53,636 bases of DNA from Pelovirga sp. (lineage in GTDB: Bacteria; Desulfobacterota; Desulfuromonadia; Desulfuromonadales; Geopsychrobacteraceae): contig JAWLDI010000001.1 of NCBI GenBank assembly GCA_041686715.1, positions 1-53,636 on the forward strand. The letters are read 5' to 3'. Both the position numbers and the translations under genes were made by a program. Each line of letters begins with the position of its first letter. The stretch's first letter is position 1. The notes beneath the pieces were generated by a model. The model was not told where the DNA came from and ran no database searches. It saw only the letters and a list, made by a program, of their open reading frames with translations. Positions 49,142-53,636 of the stretch are shown piece by piece.

Positions 49142-50435
49142 ACACCGCCTGGGTTATCGCGAAATTTCCTGGTTTTTCTTTCCGCTGCTGCTCAACGTTC
49201 AATTGATGAGTATTTCTCATACCATCATCAATAGCGCCCTGGCCCGGCTGGACAACTACGTTACGGCGTTGGCCGGCATCTCTGTCGCCATGATCGTCCA
49301 TCTGTTTATTTCGTCGCCCTCTTACCAGAACCATACCGTGACCATGGCCATGGTACGCGGCCGCCGCTCGCTTTATGGTGTTTTGCTTTTTATCGTTCTG
49401 GTGGCGGTTTACGTCACCCTGATGCTCGGGCTGATTGCCTTTACCCCCCTGGGAGAGCTGATCCTGACAGGGCTGCTGGGCATTCCCCGCGAAGTCGCCG
49501 AAGAAGCGCGCAAGGCTTTAATAATCATGACCTTTCTGCCCTTTTTTACCGGTATACGCGGATTCAGTCAGGGGATGCTGATTCGTGCCCGACGAACCGC
49601 CCTGGTGTCATTTGCTACCGGCATCCGGGTTGCCGGTCTGTTTTTGTTTCTGTTTGCCGGTAAAATCTGGTTTGACGGCGCCCAGCTCGGTGCCTTTGCG
49701 CTGGTCAGTTGTGTAGTGACGGAAACATTGGTGATTTCATGGCTCGCATTGAAAGAACGCCCGACTTTGCTGCGTGAGGGGGAGGAAAGAAGCACGAGCG
49801 ACATCCTGCGCTACGCCTTCCCTCTTGCCTACTCCTCATGTCTGCAGCAAACAATCCCGCTGTTGATCAGCGCGATTATCGGGCGTCTGCATGATGGTGC
49901 CCTGGCTCTTGCAGCGTTCGGTGTCATCCGTGGCTTCCTGTTTCTTTTGGCCGGACCGATGCGCAATCTGCAACAGACCTATATGACCCTGGTCAAGTCG
50001 GTCTACGATTACCGCAGGCTGGTTTTTTTCAGTTGCTGCCTTTCTGCGGCTATGGGTCTGATCATTCTGCTCACGGCGGGACCGTTGTATCAACTGATTA
50101 TAGGACAACTTCTTGGTGTCGAAACCGACCTGCGCGACTATCTGCGTCTGTCATTTGCTGCCTGTGCCATCTTCCCTCTGCTGTATGGTACCAGCAACCT
50201 GCTGCGCGGATGGTTTTCCGGTGCTGAACAGACCAGCCAACTGGGACGCTCGACGGTCATCAAAAGCCTATTTCTGTTGGCAACCTGGTGGCCACTGGTC
50301 TCCTGGCAACCTCCCGTCTCCGGTATCGTCATCGGCGTTGTCCTGCTGCTGGCGGCCGAAACCCTTGAAGCGGTCTATCTCTATCACCAACGCAGAAAAC
50401 AGCCTGCCGGCAGCCGTGCCCTTGCCCCCTTTTGA
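49134..50435 (+). CDS. MATE/MOP-superfamily 12-TM membrane transporter
   Basis: About 12 hydrophobic segments in two repeats (I..AL.RL....ALA); overlaps the upstream stop. Confidence 0.7.
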   Translation: MTEHRLGYREISWFFFPLLLNVQLMSISHTIINSALARLDNYVTALAGISVAMIVHLFISSPSYQNHTVTMAMVRGRRSLYGVLLFIVLVAVYVTLMLGLIAFTPLGELILTGLLGIPREVAEEARKALIIMTFLPFFTGIRGFSQGMLIRARRTALVSFATGIRVAGLFLFLFAGKIWFDGAQLGAFALVSCVVTETLVISWLALKERPTLLREGEERSTSDILRYAFPLAYSSCLQQTIPLLISAIIGRLHDGALALAAFGVIRGFLFLLAGPMRNLQQTYMTLVKSVYDYRRLVFFSCCLSAAMGLIILLTAGPLYQLIIGQLLGVETDLRDYLRLSFAACAIFPLLYGTSNLLRGWFSGAEQTSQLGRSTVIKSLFLLATWWPLVSWQPPVSGIVIGVVLLLAAETLEAVYLYHQRRKQPAGSRALAPF

Positions 50436-50456
50436 TGAATAAAGGTAAAATGACCT

Positions 50457-50642
50457 ATGGTTGTCATCATCAGGAAACATCCCTGTCGCGACTGCTTTCA
50501 GTGCCACTGGTGCAGCAATGACCGCTGTCATCTCTGCCTGGAAACATGTCATAAAAATCGCTTGTCGATTCAGGAACAGATAGAGCTTTATGAACAGCTC
50601 AACCGCAAAGCAGAACCTTTTAACCCCAGTAACCCCACCTGA
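50457..50642 (+). CDS. Small Cys-rich hypothetical protein
   Basis: KHPCRDCFQCHWCSNDRCHLC followed by LSIQEQIELYE; AAAGG upstream. Confidence 0.6.
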   Translation: MVVIIRKHPCRDCFQCHWCSNDRCHLCLETCHKNRLSIQEQIELYEQLNRKAEPFNPSNPT

Positions 50643-50744
50643 AAACAGCCTGCTATAAGCTTTGATTGTGCTTTTATCATGACAACGGGCGTTTTGCTGT
50701 GTTTAAATGCGCGGTGCAAAAATTACTTCCGAAGGAGCCAGACT

Positions 50745-51308
50745 ATGTATAATTGTTCCGACCTGAAAAAAGGGTTGAAAATAATGATTGATGGGGATCC
50801 CCACGTCATTGCGCAGTATGACTTCACCAAACCGGGCAAAGGACAGGCACTGTACAAGTGCAAGCTACGTAACATGATCACCGGAGCACTCTTCGATCGC
50901 ACCTATCGCAGCGGCGAATCCTTTGAACCGGCTCACCTGGAAGAAAGGGCAATGCAGTATCTCTATCAGGATGACACCGGTTATGTTTTTATGGACAAAA
51001 AAAACTACGAGCAGATCACGCTGACCGCCGATACCGTTGGAGACGACAGATATTTTCTCGTTGATAACATGGACGTGGAAATACTCATGCACGGTGACCG
51101 CGGCATCGGTATCAGTCTGCCGAATTTTGTCAATCTACGTGTCACCCAGGCCGATCCGTGGGTCAAGGGTGATACTGCCGCCGGCAACAATAAGCCTGCC
51201 GTCGTTGACACCGGTTACAATCTGCAGGTGCCTTCATTTGTTGAAGAAGGAACCATGATCCAGATCGATACCCGCACTGGAGAATACGTCACTCGTGTCA
51301 AGGAATGA
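50745..51308 (+). CDS. efp: Elongation factor P
   Basis: KPGKGQA, MQYLY, GDT....KPA, DTRTGEY; AAGGAG RBS. Confidence 0.96.
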   Translation: MYNCSDLKKGLKIMIDGDPHVIAQYDFTKPGKGQALYKCKLRNMITGALFDRTYRSGESFEPAHLEERAMQYLYQDDTGYVFMDKKNYEQITLTADTVGDDRYFLVDNMDVEILMHGDRGIGISLPNFVNLRVTQADPWVKGDTAAGNNKPAVVDTGYNLQVPSFVEEGTMIQIDTRTGEYVTRVKE

Positions 51309-52222
51309 CTGTGGAACCTAACTGGCAACTGGCACGCAAACAGGACACCATAAAAAAAAGAGCCCGGATCCTGCAACAGATTCGGGCTTTCTTTATTGAG
51401 CAGGGTTTCATTGAAGTCGAAACCCCGCACCGGATTCCGGCAAATGCTCCCGAACTGCATATTGACGCCATCACAAGCGAAGGCTGGTATCTGCAGACAT
51501 CTCCGGAACTGTGCATGAAACGTCTTCTTGCTGCCGGTTATGACAACCTGTTCCAGATCTGCCGCTGTTGGCGCAGCGGCGAACGCAGCGCGCAGCATCT
51601 GCCGGAATACACCATGATTGAGTGGTACCGGCGTGATTGTGACTACCATCAGCTCATGGCTGATTGTGAACAGCTCATCCTCAGTCTGACTGAAAATAAC
51701 GAGCTGACATGGCAGGGGAAAAACCTTGACCTTAGCGTACCCTGGCCACGAATGACTGTTGCTGACGCATTTTCACAACATGGTTCTACTGCCTTGCATG
51801 AAGTCAGTGATGCAAATTTTTTTTCCGAACTGATCAGCAATGAAATCGAGCCCGCACTTCCCGTAAATAAACCACTGTTTCTAGTTGACTACCCTGTCCT
51901 TCAGGGCTCCCTTGCCAGGCGTAAACTGCACTATCCGAACCAGGTGGAGCGCTTTGAGCTTTATCTGGCAGGATTCGAACTGGCCAACGGTTTTTCGGAA
52001 TTGACCGATCCGACGGAACAGCGCCGACGCTTTGAAGAAGAAGAAAAACAGCGCCGCGCATTGGGGAAACAACCCTGCCCGGTTCCGGACAAGTACATCA
52101 CTGAGCTGGAAACCCTCACCAATGCTGCCGGGATAGCACTGGGCATTGATCGACTGATCATGCTGCTCTGCAACCAGCCGACAATCGATGAGGTCGTCTG
52201 CTTCACACCTGAACAACTCTAG
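51305..52222 (+). CDS. epmA: EF-P lysine aminoacylase
   Basis: GFIEVETP, YLQTSPELCMKRLLA, HLPEYTMIEWY, ERFELY, ELANGFSEL, GIALGIDRL; coupled to efp. Confidence 0.93.
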   Translation: MTVEPNWQLARKQDTIKKRARILQQIRAFFIEQGFIEVETPHRIPANAPELHIDAITSEGWYLQTSPELCMKRLLAAGYDNLFQICRCWRSGERSAQHLPEYTMIEWYRRDCDYHQLMADCEQLILSLTENNELTWQGKNLDLSVPWPRMTVADAFSQHGSTALHEVSDANFFSELISNEIEPALPVNKPLFLVDYPVLQGSLARRKLHYPNQVERFELYLAGFELANGFSELTDPTEQRRRFEEEEKQRRALGKQPCPVPDKYITELETLTNAAGIALGIDRLIMLLCNQPTIDEVVCFTPEQL

Positions 52223-52351
52223 CCGGACAACCGAAAAGATCCACAATACCAGCGCCTGTCATCCCGCCCGTCGCAGCAATGCAGAATCTCTTCTAACTAA
52301 AATAGAACGTTATTTTGTTATACAAAACAGTGGTTTTGCCTTTTTTTTGGG

Positions 52352-52379
52352 TTGACACACTTATATAACAACGTATTAT
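52352..52379 (+). promoter_or_regulatory. sigma70 promoter of the DUF485-actP operon
   Basis: TTGACA-16-TATTAT in an AT-rich intergenic region. Confidence 0.55.
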
Positions 52380-52546
52380 ATCGCCGGGTCAGAAAGACAA
52401 TATTTCGCATTTTTTAACCTGAGTACAAATCTACTGATAAAATTCAATCAAATGGGGTTTCTTATCGCCCCCCTGAACACACCTGAGCAACCTGTGAACA
52501 TGTGATCAACCTGATCACGAATTCGATGAACGAGAGGAGATTTCTT

Positions 52547-52813
52547 ATGGGGCATGGACCTGCTGTAAAGCTCGGCAAAGATAACGCTGCCAGCTTTAAA
52601 ACGAGACTGGGCGTCAAGATGTTTTTCGGCTATACGCTCTTTTACGTCATTTTCATTGCGTTGAATGTCTACGCACCCAAGACAATGGAGACGATCATCC
52701 TTGGTCAGACGGCCGCTGTTATATGGGGCTTTTTTCTACTGGGTCTCGCGCTGATTATGGCAGTGATTTATAACCACTTCTGCACTCAAGCAGAAAAACG
52801 CTATAACAGTTAA
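52547..52813 (+). CDS. DUF485 (YjcH-like) small membrane protein
   Basis: Two TM helices, GAGGAG RBS, directly upstream of actP. Confidence 0.85.
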   Translation: MGHGPAVKLGKDNAASFKTRLGVKMFFGYTLFYVIFIALNVYAPKTMETIILGQTAAVIWGFFLLGLALIMAVIYNHFCTQAEKRYNS

Positions 52814-52827
52814 GGGAGATTCGGACG

Positions 52828-53636
52828 ATGATATATACACAATCACCACTGGCTATCGGTCTGTTTATCTTCTTTGTGCTGTTTGTTCTCGGTCTCTCTT
52901 TCTACCTTGCCCGCCGGACCAGTTCCGCCGAGGGATACTACGCCGCCGGTGGCAATATCCACTGGATGACCAACGGCATTGCCTTTGCCGGCGACTACCT
53001 CTCAGCAGCATCCTTCCTTGGCATCTGTGGCATGATCGCGACCTCCGGCTATGATGGCTGGATGTATTCAATCGGGTACCTTGCCGGCTGGGTCGTCGCC
53101 CTGTTCCTGGTGGCTGAACCGATGAAGCGCCTGGGCAAATATACCTTTACTGATGCCCTTGACTCCAAATTCAACTCCAAGTCGATCCAGCTGATGGCAG
53201 CCATCTCCACTCTGCTGGTGTCAATTTTCTATCTGATTCCGCAGATGGTCGGTGCCGGTGTGCTGGTACAACCACTGATGGGTCTGCCGCACTGGGTTGG
53301 CGTCTGTATCGTCGGTGTCGTTGTTACCCTGATTGTTGCGACCGCAGGGATGGCGTCAACGACCTATGTGCAGTTCTTTAAAGGGGCGATGTTACTGATC
53401 GTATCCACCACCCTGGTTGCCATGGTATTGTTCCGTGGCCTGTCGACCACCCCGGAAAATGATGGCAAACCCTACCACGACTTTACCACTCTTTATGCCG
53501 ATAGCGCTCTGACACTCGAAGACAACAGCTACCGGGTTGTTGCCGGCCTTGATTCAATCTTCGGCGAAAAAGGATTCGTCAAGCTCGAAAAGAACGGCAA
53601 TGAATCAATCTGGCACCTGCATGAAACCCCTGAGGG
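52828..53636 (+). CDS. actP: Cation/acetate symporter, partial (runs off the window)
   Basis: Translated by eye: YYAAGGNI.W..NGIAFAGDYLSAASFLG, SIGYLAGW, YLIPQMVGAG, GMASTTYVQ; absent from the ORF track because there is no stop in the window. Confidence 0.9.
   Translation, partial: MIYTQSPLAIGLFIFFVLFVLGLSFYLARRTSSAEGYYAAGGNIHWMTNGIAFAGDYLSAASFLGICGMIATSGYDGWMYSIGYLAGWVVALFLVAEPMKRLGKYTFTDALDSKFNSKSIQLMAAISTLLVSIFYLIPQMVGAGVLVQPLMGLPHWVGVCIVGVVVTLIVATAGMASTTYVQFFKGAMLLIVSTTLVAMVLFRGLSTTPENDGKPYHDFTTLYADSALTLEDNSYRVVAGLDSIFGEKGFVKLEKNGNESIWHLHETPE

Noticed and set aside
50745-52222. efp-epmA without epmB as an anomaly
   Set aside because: The aminomutase can be encoded elsewhere; ordinary arrangement

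Overview
A 53.6 kb chromosomal window, most likely from a nitrogen-fixing Desulfuromonadales/Geobacter-like deltaproteobacterium (inferred from gene content and order). Left to right: divergent sigma54 promoters and nifV-GNAT; a ModE-controlled molybdate uptake operon; a FecCD/BtuCD-type ABC importer behind a NikR-like operator; thpR, a thioredoxin/CcdA-like membrane protein and a QueG-like Fe-S protein; tmcAL-sfsA; an acyl-CoA ligase; ald; an RND pump; a SagB-type nitroreductase; a phage-type dNMP kinase; a repeat-rich junction with two gene remnants; and a cluster of exported redox proteins (DsrE, MsrA and a rhodanese whose in-frame TGA plus SECIS-like hairpin indicates a selenoprotein that the ORF track truncates). 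Next is a ~10 kb six-gene transglutaminase / circularly permuted ATP-grasp / alpha-E / DUF2126 putative peptide-ligation operon, then ppgK and a housekeeping block (cpoB-like, LysM, dprA, smg, topA, trmFO, maf, yggS, HAD, MATE-like, efp, epmA) and the start of a DUF485-actP acetate permease operon. No rRNA, tRNA, CRISPR array or intact transposase was recognised. At least four families of short palindromic extragenic repeats are present. All calls come from reading motifs by eye; no searches were run.
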